Counted from the first letter of the stretch, positions 20,884-32,544 are shown. The stretch: 64,000 nt of DNA from an uncultured Rivularia sp. (GCA_963665115.1 OY762007.1:5440001-5504000), one strand, 5' to 3'. The notes: generated by a model not told the origin, from the letters alone. A program made the numbers and translations.

Positions 20884-21159
20884 ATGTCAGAAGAATTTTC
20901 GACTCAAGTTAGCGATCGCATTTGTAAGCACATGAACGATGACCATGCCGAAGCGGTGGCATTTTACGCTAAGGCTTATGGCGATTTAGAGGATGCTACA
21001 GCAGCAAAAATGCTTTCTATTGATGCAGAAGGAATGAATTTAGAAGCTCAAGCAAATGGGCAAGAGGTACCTGTCAGAATTAAATTCGACCATACTTTGA
21101 AAAATGCCGAAGATGCTCATCATACATTGATTGATATGTTGAAGCAGGCAAGAAAATAA
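20884..21159 (+). CDS. DUF2470 domain protein (heme-utilisation / GluTR-binding-like)
   Basis: RICKHMNDDH, AKMLSIDAEGM and RIKFDHTL motifs. A CAGGAG Shine-Dalgarno precedes ATG 20884. Confidence 0.8.
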   Translation: MSEEFSTQVSDRICKHMNDDHAEAVAFYAKAYGDLEDATAAKMLSIDAEGMNLEAQANGQEVPVRIKFDHTLKNAEDAHHTLIDMLKQARK

Positions 21160-21197
21160 GGTTGTAGCGGTACTTGTTATGTTTGAAAAAGGGAATG

Positions 21198-21602
<405 letters not shown>

Positions 21603-21615
<13 letters not shown>

Positions 21616-22838
21616 CCTTCACATTTAAATTCAGATTTAAGCGTAAAAGCAAAGCAGGCTGTAAGAATAGTAAGCACACCAGTAATCCAGAAGGGAGTTT
21701 TGTAATCGAGACTAACCAGCATACCTGAAATTGGCGGTCCGATGGCGTTAGAAATACTTAGATAAGATGCATTAATTCCTAAAATTTCTCCTTGTTCCCG
21801 TTCGGTGCTATTCAAGGATAAAATTGAGTCTATTAAAGGCATTGGGAAGGAATTTACAAACCCAAAAATTCCAATAATGATAAAAAATGCAGTTAGATAG
21901 GGGAAAGTTGGAATCAATAGAAAGGTAATTCCACGGGCAAATAATGCTAAGGATAAAATATCAATTAAATTAAATTTTTTCCTCAGTGGATCGAGTGCAA
22001 CAACTTGAGAGATGAAACCCAACATTCCTACAAGAGCAAATGTAATTGCTAATGTTTTGGCATCTTGGTTGAGGACTTTTAGTACAAACGGTTGAAATGC
22101 AAAAGTAAAAATCGTAAAAGTAGAACCACTTAAAAAAGTTAGAACAAAGAGCTTACCTAATTTTGGTCGGGTTGCCGACTGAAAAACTTTGATAAAGCCA
22201 AAATCTCTCCAACTTAAATGAAATTGCTGTTTGTCAGAAGCTCTTAGAGTTTCCGGTAAGAAGAAAATAGCTAAAATAGTTGCGAACAAAGCCATACCCG
22301 CACCTACGATGAAACTCATTCCCAATGAAGTTACACCCTTAACTGTCGGTAACTGCTGCGCTACATAGCTTAATGCTGGTCCCGCCACAAAACCCAAACG
22401 AAAAACAGCACCGAAAATACCAAAAGCTTTAGCACGTTGATCGACAGTTGTAATATCGCTAACTACAGCCCTAGCAATAGAAGTATTTCCACCAGTTAAA
22501 CCATCAAAGATACGCGCTAAATATAACAACCAAGCTACGGGAGTTACGGCGGCAACAATACCAGATAAAACTGTTCCTAATAAACTTATTACTAGTAAAG
22601 GTTTTCTTCCCAAACGGTCTGAAAGCCTTCCTAAAATAGGAGTACCGATAAACTGTGGTAAAGCATAAGCTGTACTTAATAAGCTTGCTTGAAAATCATT
22701 TAATCCAAACTGCTTTGCATAGGGATAAAGTAGCGGAATAATTATCGTGAAGCTAACCGAATTGATAAAGGCAACTAGGGTAACAATCCAAAACTGGAGA
22801 GGTAATTTAGACTGCCCCCTGAAATTTTTCGAGTTCAT
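21603..22838 (-). CDS. MFS transporter (TetA/DHA1-like)
   Basis: Motif [22 protein letters not shown], and about 12 TM segments. Confidence 0.9.
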
Positions 22839-23042
22839 CTATTGAGTTAAAATCAATATTGCCAGAATTCGGTCTATTTTTTATAGAAATTTCTAACTGG
22901 CGGTTTCTTCTGTAGCTTATCCCATTGGTACTTTGTTAAACTTCCTCAAAAAGTAAAGAAATCCCTTCAGAAATTATTCTATCTATAGGTAGTTGACGAT
23001 TTTTTTACATAAAATGTATAGTTCAGCAACTAATAACAACTT

Positions 23043-23831
23043 TCAAACTTCTTGCAACAACCAAAAGCCAGTATAAGTCATTCCAGAATCATCAGGCTGT
23101 ACTAACAAAAAATGCAATCCTTGAGTGTCCTGCTTGCGCTGTTGATAGACTTTCGCCGCTTCTGAAACTTCTTCATCCTCGAATGTTGCCACAATCCATC
23201 TATCTACCAAACCCGCTTCCAATACCAAACCATCTGGGGCACCAGCAATATAATTTAAAGCCACTGGACGACTTTCTTTTAACCATCTTGCCAAAAACAT
23301 GGATTTACGTCCGCCATAAATGACCACACCCGGAATCGGCACCGTTGAAGCCAAACCCAAATTTATCGGTAATAAAAATGATGGTGTTTCTAAAATAGGA
23401 ATTGGACGCTCTGAGACAAAATCAGTAATATTACCAGCGCTGAGTGCGGCAAAACTCCATTGCTCTCCCCAAATATTTTCAGATAAAGGTGTTGGAGGTG
23501 GCTTATCTAAAGTCGTAAATTGCTGCTTTTGTTCCAGCCATTTTTTTAAAGCAGTAGTGCGTCGAGTTGCTTCAACTTTAACACCCAAGCTAATCCCAGC
23601 TTGTTCAATTAAACTTAAAGACTGGGGACGAAACACTTGAATACCTAACGGTAAATTATCCGATGCTGCTTGCTTAATTTGGGAAGCTACCCAACTAGAA
23701 TTAGCTTCTGACTGGAGACAAGTCGCTTCATATTTAAACTCAAGATTGGAATCGCAAATCGATAGATCCCATAAAACCTGTCCCGATTTATCCGGTTGCG
23801 AACGACGATAAAAATCAGCTTGCCAAAACAT
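23043..23831 (-). CDS. Tab2/Atab2-family RNA-binding protein (DUF1092)
   Basis: N-terminal WQADFYRR...W.L.ICD and C-terminal GLHFLLVQPDDSGMTYTGFWLL. Confidence 0.85.
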   Translation of the reverse strand: MFWQADFYRRSQPDKSGQVLWDLSICDSNLEFKYEATCLQSEANSSWVASQIKQAASDNLPLGIQVFRPQSLSLIEQAGISLGVKVEATRRTTALKKWLEQKQQFTTLDKPPPTPLSENIWGEQWSFAALSAGNITDFVSERPIPILETPSFLLPINLGLASTVPIPGVVIYGGRKSMFLARWLKESRPVALNYIAGAPDGLVLEAGLVDRWIVATFEDEEVSEAAKVYQQRKQDTQGLHFLLVQPDDSGMTYTGFWLLQEV

Positions 23832-23832
23832 A

Positions 23833-23917
23833 TCAATTATCAGTTATCAGTGATCGGTTATCAATTATCGCTACTATTCATTGTTCATTGTTCATTGTTC
23901 ATTGATAATTGTTCATT
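23833..23917. repeat. STRR tracts (TTATCAG/TTCATTG)n
   Basis: Tandem heptamers fill the spacer between fghA and the Tab2-family gene. Confidence 0.75.
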
Positions 23918-24758
23918 GATTCAAAGCTTTTGCATGATGACGAATATGGTCTTCCATAAAAGTGGAAATGAAATAATAACTGTGGTCGTAGCCTTGCTGA
24001 TAACGTAGATTCAAAGGTTGATTCACTTCCTTGCAGGCTTTTTCAAATATATTTGGGAGCAATTGCTGCTGTTGAAGAAATTGATCGTCGTTGCCTTGAT
24101 CGATTAAAATTTCACCATTAAAACCAAATTGCTTGATTAATTCACTTGCATCATATTCGCGCCAAATTTCTCTGTTTTCACCTAAATAATTATTCAAACA
24201 CTTTTCTCCCCAAGCGGACTGCATGGGTGCAGCTATAGGTGCAAAAGCTGAAACAGATTTGTATTTTTGGGGGTTTCGTATGGCACAAACTAAAGCACCA
24301 TGTCCGCCCATTGAATGACCAAATATACTTTGTTTATCTTGTTGTATCCGAAAATTAGCAGCGATCAAATCAGGTAATTCTTTGACAACGTAGCTATACA
24401 TTTTGTAGTGAGATGACCAAGGTTTTTCGATTGCGTCAACGTAAAAACTCGCACCCGTACCGAAATCGTAGTCATCATCTTCGCCCTTTATTCCTGTATT
24501 CCGGGGGCTAGTATCTGGGGCAACTAAAATTAAACCATGCTCTGCTGCATATTTTTGCGCTCCGGCTTTAACCATAAAGTTTTCTTCGGTACAGGTTAAA
24601 CCGGAGAGAAAATAAAGAACTGGTAAGCTTTGGGATTCCGCTTGGGGTGGTTGGTAAACACTAAAGCGCATTTCACTATTACAGGTAGCTGAGGAATGAG
24701 AGTAAAAACCAAGTTTTCCACCAAAGCTTTTATATTCTGAGTTGAGGTTGAGAGACAT
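23913..24758 (-). CDS. fghA: S-formylglutathione hydrolase
   Basis: LSGLTCTEENF, PDTSPR, GHSMGGHGAL nucleophile elbow and GYDHSYYFI. Confidence 0.93.
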   Translation of the reverse strand: MSLNLNSEYKSFGGKLGFYSHSSATCNSEMRFSVYQPPQAESQSLPVLYFLSGLTCTEENFMVKAGAQKYAAEHGLILVAPDTSPRNTGIKGEDDDYDFGTGASFYVDAIEKPWSSHYKMYSYVVKELPDLIAANFRIQQDKQSIFGHSMGGHGALVCAIRNPQKYKSVSAFAPIAAPMQSAWGEKCLNNYLGENREIWREYDASELIKQFGFNGEILIDQGNDDQFLQQQQLLPNIFEKACKEVNQPLNLRYQQGYDHSYYFISTFMEDHIRHHAKALNQ

Positions 24759-24890
24759 GAAAGATTTAGGACTATATTCTTTTTGCTGCCATTAGTCATC
24801 CTATATCATTTGGCAGTTAGAGGTGAATGGGGAGTAGGGAAAAGAAAAGATGTATCTAAAAGCTAGCGCTTCATACCCCATCGATGAAAA

Positions 24891-25194
24891 CTAGTACTCC
24901 GCCACAGTAATTTTGCGGTGCAAGACATTTGTCTTGGGAGCGTCTCGCTCGCTCGTAGTAAGTTGTTACGCATTTAATTTGTATAATACCCTTCGTGCAA
25001 GATGCTTCTCCTAGCGGACACGCTGCGTTAGCGGAGCGAGACGATAGTCTTAGGCAGCACTACAATGTTTTCAAATTTTGGGCATTATACAATTTAGTTG
25101 CACATCAGCTTATCGCTTTTTATTAGTAGCTAGCGAGCAAGATGCTCGCACTCCCGAATAGTCCTCACAACTTATGTATGTGGGGGAGTACTAG
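24891..25194. mobile_element. Nested composite of small repeat elements bounded by CTAGTACTCC(G/C)CCACA TIRs
   Basis: Outer 16-bp TIRs (15/16 identical) enclose palindrome arms, a MITE copy (24959-25112) and an inner ~49-bp insert. Confidence 0.7.
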
Positions 25195-25221
25195 TAACTG
25201 TTAACTGTTAACTGCTAACTA

Positions 25222-26163
25222 TTAACTGATTCTCGTTCTTGCTTTCACTCTTCCGTGTCTTCGATCGGGTAATTCTTTTATCCCAACTTCTTTAATTTCT
25301 AAATTTTCTAAACATATTTGTTGTTCTTCTGGTCGTTCGTGTTCTATAACAAATACATTTGAGTACAAATTCGCAATTATCTGTTTTCCTTGTTGCGTTA
25401 AGGATAAGTAACGCAATCCATCCTTTATATAGGGATAAACACCATTCCAATAAAACTTTGGATAGTTGTTACGCAAATCTGCTGGATTGTTATAACCCAA
25501 AATTTTATTCATGCCAGTTTCTTCAAATTCGTAAAATAAAGAAGTAATTTTCTTTAAGTAACGTGGATCGCTTAATTGTCCAATTAGATCGGCAGCGCGT
25601 ACTAAACCGGCATAATTATTCGTCTCTTGATGATCTTCTGCTGCGGGTACGGGGAAGCGAGTTAATTCTATATTGGATTTTATAACTTCAGAATCGATTA
25701 ATTTATGACCCCCAAAACGCTCGTCAATAAAAAGTTTTGCTCTGTCAACATGATATGGTGTAAGACTTGCATCTGAAGCGCCTGATGGTAAAGAAATCAT
25801 CGCTTCATCTTTACCTGTAGCATACAAGCTTTCTTCTTCTCTATCTTGACGACAAACTCCTTTTACATAACCAATATCATGACATAGTAAAGAGATAATA
25901 TAATGCAGCCAATCTTCGCTAGAAACGCCACCTTCTCGTATATGTTTTCCACGCAAAACTTCTTGTCCTACAAGGGTTACTAAGATTGAGTGTTCTACGT
26001 TGTGGTATAGAGCATCGCTATTGGCAATATTTTCTAAAGCCATGCTTCCTACCCAAGCGATGATATCTTGATAGTCAGTTTTTAAGCTTCCATAAGTACG
26101 ATGGTATCCTTCTCGCACTCTATTTACAAAAGCATCTATCAAAACTTCAGTTGCATTAAACAT
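25222..26163 (-). CDS. HD-domain metal-dependent phosphohydrolase (Npun_R2479-like)
   Basis: YHNVEH, LCHDIG, YHVDR and AADLIGQ motifs. Confidence 0.8.
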   Translation of the reverse strand: MFNATEVLIDAFVNRVREGYHRTYGSLKTDYQDIIAWVGSMALENIANSDALYHNVEHSILVTLVGQEVLRGKHIREGGVSSEDWLHYIISLLCHDIGYVKGVCRQDREEESLYATGKDEAMISLPSGASDASLTPYHVDRAKLFIDERFGGHKLIDSEVIKSNIELTRFPVPAAEDHQETNNYAGLVRAADLIGQLSDPRYLKKITSLFYEFEETGMNKILGYNNPADLRNNYPKFYWNGVYPYIKDGLRYLSLTQQGKQIIANLYSNVFVIEHERPEEQQICLENLEIKEVGIKELPDRRHGRVKARTRIS

Positions 26164-26877
26164 ATTTAACCCTGTTAGTAATTTTTTTAATCCTGGTTTT
26201 TCGAGTTAATTAAAAAGTTATGAATTCTAAATTCAATCTTTAATCATTTTGAATTTTATGCAGATTACGGCATGAAATTAACTCTTCGTACAAATGCTTT
26301 ATTAATTCTCTACTTATAGAGTAATCTCAATCAAAACGTAAAGGGAATACTAATAAGCATAGTTACTATTAGTATGCAAAAATATCCTGTCCTAATATTA
26401 AAACTGCAAACTGAAAAGAAATTTTTCTATAATATTGCTATTTTTTGGCAAGCGACAAATTATACCTGAGACAACATAAATAGAGCTTACCCAAATTACG
26501 CCAAATATATACATCAACTTTAACAGGAACTTCCGGACGACATAAAGAGACTATACGATAGCTTATTTTCTATTTTTTCACATTCAGGTGATTAATGGCG
26601 GTGATCTCAATACCCCCAATGGTGTGATGTAAAGTATTCAATTATGTGTATTTATCTATCGTAAGCCTGTAATGCTAAGTTTTTCAGCCGATAAACTACT
26701 CATCATAAATCCCTAATAAATATATTTAGCTTCAAATATATGACTTTTGTCATAGGCAAAATCAGTCTGAGACTACAGCCATTACACCAAAAAATAGGTA
26801 ATAGTTAAGATACAGTAATAAATTTAAAGTTTTCTTAAGTTAAACCGTATTCTCGCGGTTGGGTAAAAGGTGGAGCA

Positions 26878-28386
26878 ATGACAGCAGGGGACTCGAATTT
26901 TTCAGATATTCCAGCAGAAGAAGAAACACAAATCGAAGAAACAACTTTCAAAGATTATCCCGAAAGCAGGAAACAGCGCCCCTGGTGGACAATTATGCTT
27001 ATGGGTATGGTTTTAGGTATTGGGATAACTATGGGAGGAATGCGTTTGTTGAGCAATCGTCCCAAAGACCAACCAAAAGTAGCAAATCTATCTACCACTG
27101 AAGTTACTCCAGCAATGACTGTTACTCTTGCTTTAGTGGAACTTACTAAAGTTGCTCGGAATCTCAACGTTACTGGTACTGTTGCAGCTAGTGAATTAAC
27201 TCCGGTATTACCTCAATCTAATGGTTTGCAAATTAAGCAAATTTTGGTAAAGCAGGGAGATTCCGTCAAAGAAAGTCAAGTTATGGCGATTTTGGATGAC
27301 TCGCTGTTACAAGGTCAAATTCTTCAAGCCAAAGCGGAAGTAGAATCTCAAGAAGCTGAAGTTGCTTCAAGAGTTGCTGATTTAGCTTCCAAACAAGCAG
27401 CTTTAGAATCAAGTAAAGCAAATGTAATCTCAAATCAAGCAACAGTCCAACAAAGACAAGCCGATTTAGCACAAGCAAAAGCTAAATTAAAAGAAAGCGA
27501 GAGAAATTACCAGCGCAATCAGCAACTTTCCGAACGAGGCGCAATCAGCAAGCAACTATTTGAAACTGCTGAAACTAATTTTGAAACTGCAAAAGAAGCT
27601 GTACGCATTGCACAAGCAAATATTCGTAGCGCGATCGCCAATGTAAGTAGCGCCGAAGCAAATATCAGCAGTGCCGAAGCAGGTGTAAGCAGTGCGATCG
27701 CCAAAGTTAACAGCGCCAAAGCAGGAGTTCGTAGCGCTACAGCTAGAGTGCAACAGTTAAAAACTCAGTTGGGGCAAACCGTAGTTCGCGCTCCCGTTTC
27801 AGGAATCGTTGCCGAAAAACTAGCAAGAGTAGGAGATCTCACCGGCGTACCACCGCAAACCCAAGTAGGAAACGTAGTTGGTGGAACTCAAAAGTTATTT
27901 TCGATTATTCGTCAAGGAAACTTGGAATTACAAGCAAAAGTTCCTACAGTTCAGCTATCACAAATAAAAGTTGGCGCACTAACCCAGATTACAACTGATG
28001 CGGATAACCGGGTTAAATTGCGAGGAAAAGTGAAAGAAATAGAACCCGTAGTCAATCAACAACGCCGTGAAGCGACAGTAAAAATTGATTTACCAGCCAC
28101 AAATTTACTTAAACCGGGAATGTTCGCTCGCGCCGCAATTGTCACCGATACAAACATGGCTGTAGCAATACCGCAAAAAGCAGTACTTCCCCAACCCGAC
28201 GGCAGCGCAATTGTATTCACAATTAACGAAGACAAAATCGCCAGCAGTAAAAAAGTAGATACAGGAGAAATTCTTAAAGGTGGAAAAATCGAAATCAAAA
28301 ATGGTTTAACACCTGGAAAAAGCGTAGTAGTTAACGGTGCGGGATATCTCAAAGATGGCGATAAAGTACGAGTTGCCCAGAAATAA
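26878..28386 (+). CDS. RND efflux periplasmic adaptor (membrane fusion protein)
   Basis: N-terminal TM segment, lipoyl halves (ILVKQGDSVK; VRAPVSGIV), a long coiled-coil hairpin and LKPGMF. Confidence 0.9.
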   Translation: MTAGDSNFSDIPAEEETQIEETTFKDYPESRKQRPWWTIMLMGMVLGIGITMGGMRLLSNRPKDQPKVANLSTTEVTPAMTVTLALVELTKVARNLNVTGTVAASELTPVLPQSNGLQIKQILVKQGDSVKESQVMAILDDSLLQGQILQAKAEVESQEAEVASRVADLASKQAALESSKANVISNQATVQQRQADLAQAKAKLKESERNYQRNQQLSERGAISKQLFETAETNFETAKEAVRIAQANIRSAIANVSSAEANISSAEAGVSSAIAKVNSAKAGVRSATARVQQLKTQLGQTVVRAPVSGIVAEKLARVGDLTGVPPQTQVGNVVGGTQKLFSIIRQGNLELQAKVPTVQLSQIKVGALTQITTDADNRVKLRGKVKEIEPVVNQQRREATVKIDLPATNLLKPGMFARAAIVTDTNMAVAIPQKAVLPQPDGSAIVFTINEDKIASSKKVDTGEILKGGKIEIKNGLTPGKSVVVNGAGYLKDGDKVRVAQK

Positions 28387-28537
28387 TGAGGAGATAGGGA
28401 GACAAGGAGAGTGAGGGAAGAATAATTAATTATTAAGTTAACTACTCACTACTCTATACTCGCTACTCGCTTATAACTCCTAACTCTTTTAATTCAAAAT
28501 CTAAAATCTAAAATCTAAAAACTAATTTTTAAATTCG

Positions 28538-31500
28538 ATGGATTTCAACGTTTCTGCTTGGTCGATTAAAAAACCAATTCCTACAATAGTTTTATTCTTA
28601 ATTTTGACTATAGTTGGCTGGTTTTGTTTTGGTAATTTGGGTATCGATACCAGCCCTAATATTGATATTCCGGCGGTTCAAGTTACGGTAACTCAACCTG
28701 GTGCGGGACCTACTGAACTTGAGTCTCAGGTGACGAAGAAAATTGAAGATGCGGTTGCTGGTTTGGGCAATATTGATGAATTACGCTCGGTTGTTAGGGA
28801 TGGCGTTTCTAATACTACTATTAACTTTGACTTAGGAACCGATAGCGATCGCGCTACTAATGATGTTCGTAATGCTATAGCCCAAATTCGTCAAAGTCTT
28901 CCTCAAGATATTAACGATCCAATCGTGCAGCGTCTGGAATTTTCCGGTAGTGCTGTTATGACTTATGTGGTTAGTTCGGATAAACGCTCTGTGGAAGATT
29001 TGAGCAATCTGGTTGATGAAACTATTAGCCGCGCTTTGTTATCGGTAAAAGGTGTGGCTGAAATCCGCCGGGTGGGCGGTGTTGACCGAGAAGTTCGCGT
29101 AAACTTAGATCCCGAACGTTTGCAGTCGCTGGGTATTACTGCGACTCAGGTAAACGATCAATTACGAGCTTTTAATATTAATTTACCGGGTGGGCGCGCC
29201 GAAATTGGGGGAAGCGAACAAAGCATCCGTACTTTAGGTAGTGCCCAAAGTATAGATGTTTTGAGAAATTATGAAATTATCCTTCCTAATGGTGGTTCGG
29301 CTGCTTTATCAACTTTAGGAAATATAGAAGATAGCTTTGGTGAAGTACGTCAAACTGCACGGTTGAATAACAAACCAGTGGTTGCTTTTGAGGTATTGCG
29401 TAGTACTGGTAGCGTCATGGTAACGGTGGAAGAAGGAGTCAAAAAACAGGTTGAAAAGCTGGAAAAAACTCTTCCTCCAGACGTAAAAATGGAATTAATT
29501 TTTACTAGAGCTACTTTTGTTCGCAATTCTTACGAAAGTACGATGAACGAGCTGTTAATAGCTTCTGTATTAGCCGTAGCAGTAATTTTAGTTTTTTTGC
29601 GCGACTGGCGAGCAACTTTAATTACAGCAGTAACTTTACCTTTATCAATTATTCCTACCTTCGGCGTAATATTTGCTCTGGGCTATACACTCAACAATAT
29701 GACGCTGTTGGGTTTGGGGTTAGCAGTAGGTAACTTAGTAGATGATGCCGTTGTCGAAATTGAAAACATGGAACGGCATTTAGGAATGGGTAAAGAACCC
29801 AAGCAAGCAGCTTTTGACTCATCAGCAGAAATGGGTTTAGCAGTAATTGCAACTTCGGCGACAATTATTGCCGTATTCCTTCCCGTTGCATTTATGGGTG
29901 GAATTCCCGGTCAATTTTTCCAACCCTTCGCCATGACAGTTACCGCCGCCACTGTATTTTCCACAGCAGTAGCGCGGATGGTAACGCCGATGATGGGAGC
30001 GTATTTACTTAAGTCAAAGGAGGTTGAAGGGCAAAGGTTAAAGGTTAAAGGTCAAAGGTCAAAGTTCAGAGAAAATAATCCAAAATTTTCCCCTTACGCT
30101 TCCACACTCAGATGGGCGTTACGACATCGCATCACAACTTTACTGCTCGCTTTGGCTTTCTTTATTGGTAGCTTGATGCTGGTACCGATGATTCCCAAGG
30201 GTTTGGTTGATGGTGCAGATGTAGGTATTTCTGCGGTATCTATAGAATTAGCACCTGGTTCGACTTTGGAAGACACTAAGCAGGTTGTGACGCAAGCAAC
30301 AAATTTAATTAGACAAAATCCTGCGGTTGAAAGTGTTTTATCTACAGAAAATGTTGGTTCGGCCAGTCTTACTGTTAGATTGAAATCCAAGGAAGAAAGA
30401 AAAGTTGCTCAAAGCGAGTTTGAAGAACAAGTACGTCCGCAGTTTACAAAAATTCCTGGGGCAAGAATTAGTTTTCAAAGTACTGGTGCAGTGGGTGGTA
30501 GAAAGGATTTAACTATAGTTTTGCAAAGTGAAAATCCCCAAGCCTTGAAAAAAGCTGCTGATGATTTGGAAAAGCAGATGCGAAGCTTACCGGGATTGGT
30601 GGAAGCATCTTCTACCGCTAGTTTGGTGAAACCAGAAATTTTAGTAGTACCCAACCCGCAACGAGCCGCAGATTTGGGCGTAACCGTGCAGTCAATTGCA
30701 CGTACTGCAAGTCTTGCGACTATCGGCGATAGCGATGCTAACTTAGCAAAATACAATCTTCCAGATCGTCAAATTCCTATTAGAGTACAAATCGATCCCG
30801 AAGCGCGAGAAGACATCACAAATATTAAAAATCTCCAAGTTCCCAGTCAGAATGGCGGTTTAGTTCCTTTATTAGCAGTTGCAGATATCCGTTTTGGCAG
30901 CGGTGCGGCGACTATCAACCGCTTCGATAGAATGCGTCAAGTTTCAGTGGAAGCTAACTTGCAGGGTATTTCTTTAGGAGACGGATTGGATGCTGTGAAC
31001 CAGCTAGAAGCTATGAAAACTTTATCACCAGAGGTAACGCGACGTTCGGCTGGCGATGCAGAAATCATGGAGGAAATTTTCGGACGCTTCGGTACTGCAT
31101 TGGGTTTAGCAGTAATGATGATTTACGCTATTTTGGTGATTCTGTACAATAATTTTCTTCACCCAATCACTATTATGGTGGCGCTTCCCCTGTGTTTGGG
31201 CGGTACTCTTTTGGGGTTGATGATTGCTCAAAAAGCCTTGGGACTATATGCCTTAATTGGCATCGTTTTACTGTTAGGAATTGTCACCAAAAACTCAATC
31301 TTATTAGTAGACTATGCAATTATCGGTTTAGAAAAAGGTAAAAAACAACGTCAAGCACTTTTAGACGCTGGTATATCTCGCTTGCGTCCGATTTTGATGA
31401 CTTCTCTTTCTACAATCGCTGGTACTTTTCCTTTAGCATTAGGACTCGGTGCTGGTGCGGAAGTCCGCCAATCAATGGGTGTTGCTGTTATCGGTGGTTT

Positions 31501-31666
31501 CACAACTTCTACACTATTAACTTTGGTAGTGGTGCCAGTGTTGTTCACCTACATTGATAACTTTCAACATTGGATTATTAATACAGTGAAATACGGTTTT
31601 AAGAAGAAACCTCGCCGTCAAGTTATCGAAGAAGATAAAACACTTAAGTTTCCACCAGCAAGTTAG
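28538..31666 (+). CDS. RND efflux permease (AcrB/AcrD/AcrF family)
   Basis: 1042 aa, with GNLVDDAVVEIEN, GIVTKNSILLVD and RLRPILMTS motifs. Confidence 0.95.
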   Translation: MDFNVSAWSIKKPIPTIVLFLILTIVGWFCFGNLGIDTSPNIDIPAVQVTVTQPGAGPTELESQVTKKIEDAVAGLGNIDELRSVVRDGVSNTTINFDLGTDSDRATNDVRNAIAQIRQSLPQDINDPIVQRLEFSGSAVMTYVVSSDKRSVEDLSNLVDETISRALLSVKGVAEIRRVGGVDREVRVNLDPERLQSLGITATQVNDQLRAFNINLPGGRAEIGGSEQSIRTLGSAQSIDVLRNYEIILPNGGSAALSTLGNIEDSFGEVRQTARLNNKPVVAFEVLRSTGSVMVTVEEGVKKQVEKLEKTLPPDVKMELIFTRATFVRNSYESTMNELLIASVLAVAVILVFLRDWRATLITAVTLPLSIIPTFGVIFALGYTLNNMTLLGLGLAVGNLVDDAVVEIENMERHLGMGKEPKQAAFDSSAEMGLAVIATSATIIAVFLPVAFMGGIPGQFFQPFAMTVTAATVFSTAVARMVTPMMGAYLLKSKEVEGQRLKVKGQRSKFRENNPKFSPYASTLRWALRHRITTLLLALAFFIGSLMLVPMIPKGLVDGADVGISAVSIELAPGSTLEDTKQVVTQATNLIRQNPAVESVLSTENVGSASLTVRLKSKEERKVAQSEFEEQVRPQFTKIPGARISFQSTGAVGGRKDLTIVLQSENPQALKKAADDLEKQMRSLPGLVEASSTASLVKPEILVVPNPQRAADLGVTVQSIARTASLATIGDSDANLAKYNLPDRQIPIRVQIDPEAREDITNIKNLQVPSQNGGLVPLLAVADIRFGSGAATINRFDRMRQVSVEANLQGISLGDGLDAVNQLEAMKTLSPEVTRRSAGDAEIMEEIFGRFGTALGLAVMMIYAILVILYNNFLHPITIMVALPLCLGGTLLGLMIAQKALGLYALIGIVLLLGIVTKNSILLVDYAIIGLEKGKKQRQALLDAGISRLRPILMTSLSTIAGTFPLALGLGAGAEVRQSMGVAVIGGFTTSTLLTLVVVPVLFTYIDNFQHWIINTVKYGFKKKPRRQVIEEDKTLKFPPAS

Positions 31667-31890
31667 GAGTGAGTAGTAAGTAGGGAGTAGGGAGTAGGGA
31701 GTAGGGAGTAGTAAGTAGAGAGTAGGGAGTAGTGAGTAAAGAGTCAGTAGTAAGTAGGGAGTAGGGAGTAGTGAGTCAGTAGTTAATTAAATAATTAATG
31801 ATTCTTCCCCCCGCTCTCCCCATCTCCTTGTCTCTTACTCTTCCCAATGCCCCATGCCCCATTATGCACCATGTCCAATTCCTAATGCCC
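31664..31890. repeat. STRR tracts (GGGAGTA/GTGAGTA; CCCAATG/CCCCATG)
   Basis: Tandem heptamers between convergent genes. Confidence 0.8.
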
Positions 31891-31893
31891 TAT

Positions 31894-32226
31894 CTATAAT
31901 CTCTCAGCAAGTTCTTTACCGACATACCAAGAAATTACTCTATCTTTTCGCCATTGATAACCAAACCATGCTTGATGTTTTGTAATTGTTGTTTTGCAGA
32001 AGCATCTTGGATTGTTGCATTCATATTTCTCTAAGGCATAGGCTTCATTACCCATACGGCGAATTTCTACAATTTCACGCCCTGGTTTTTTCGGAATCTC
32101 GAATTTTTCTTCTAGCTCCCGTTTCGCTATGTGCGAACCCAGCCAGGAGAACAAAGATTTTTGTTGACTTAAAGGCAACTCTATAATACGTTTCTGAAGG
32201 TCGAAATTTTGAGAAATATGATTCAT
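31894..32226 (-). CDS. Small Cys/His-containing protein (DUF6788-like)
   Basis: The pattern YALEKYECNNPRCFC...H...W.GY...SWYVGK resembles the C-x4-C-x-C...H...YVGK family. Confidence 0.5.
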   Translation of the reverse strand: MNHISQNFDLQKRIIELPLSQQKSLFSWLGSHIAKRELEEKFEIPKKPGREIVEIRRMGNEAYALEKYECNNPRCFCKTTITKHQAWFGYQWRKDRVISWYVGKELAERL

Positions 32227-32544
32227 AAAACTTAATAGATAGCAACCCCTGAATCAAATCTCATCGTATCAATAATTGGATGTTTTTCGTAATCACATTA
32301 TTTATAGGTATTAAAAGAATATTACATAGTCATAACAATAGCAAAGTAATATTTATCCAAAAGTCGCAAACTTATATGGTTCTTCGATAGAAAGCTAATT
32401 ACTGATTTTTATTTAGATTAAACATATAGTTTTGTAAATAAACTCAATAACGGTAATTAAATTATTTCAAGTCCGATTTATATATAGTATTTTTATTGTG
32501 AGTGTTCGCACCTATACTTATTTTAATTGCTAACCGTAAAAAAT

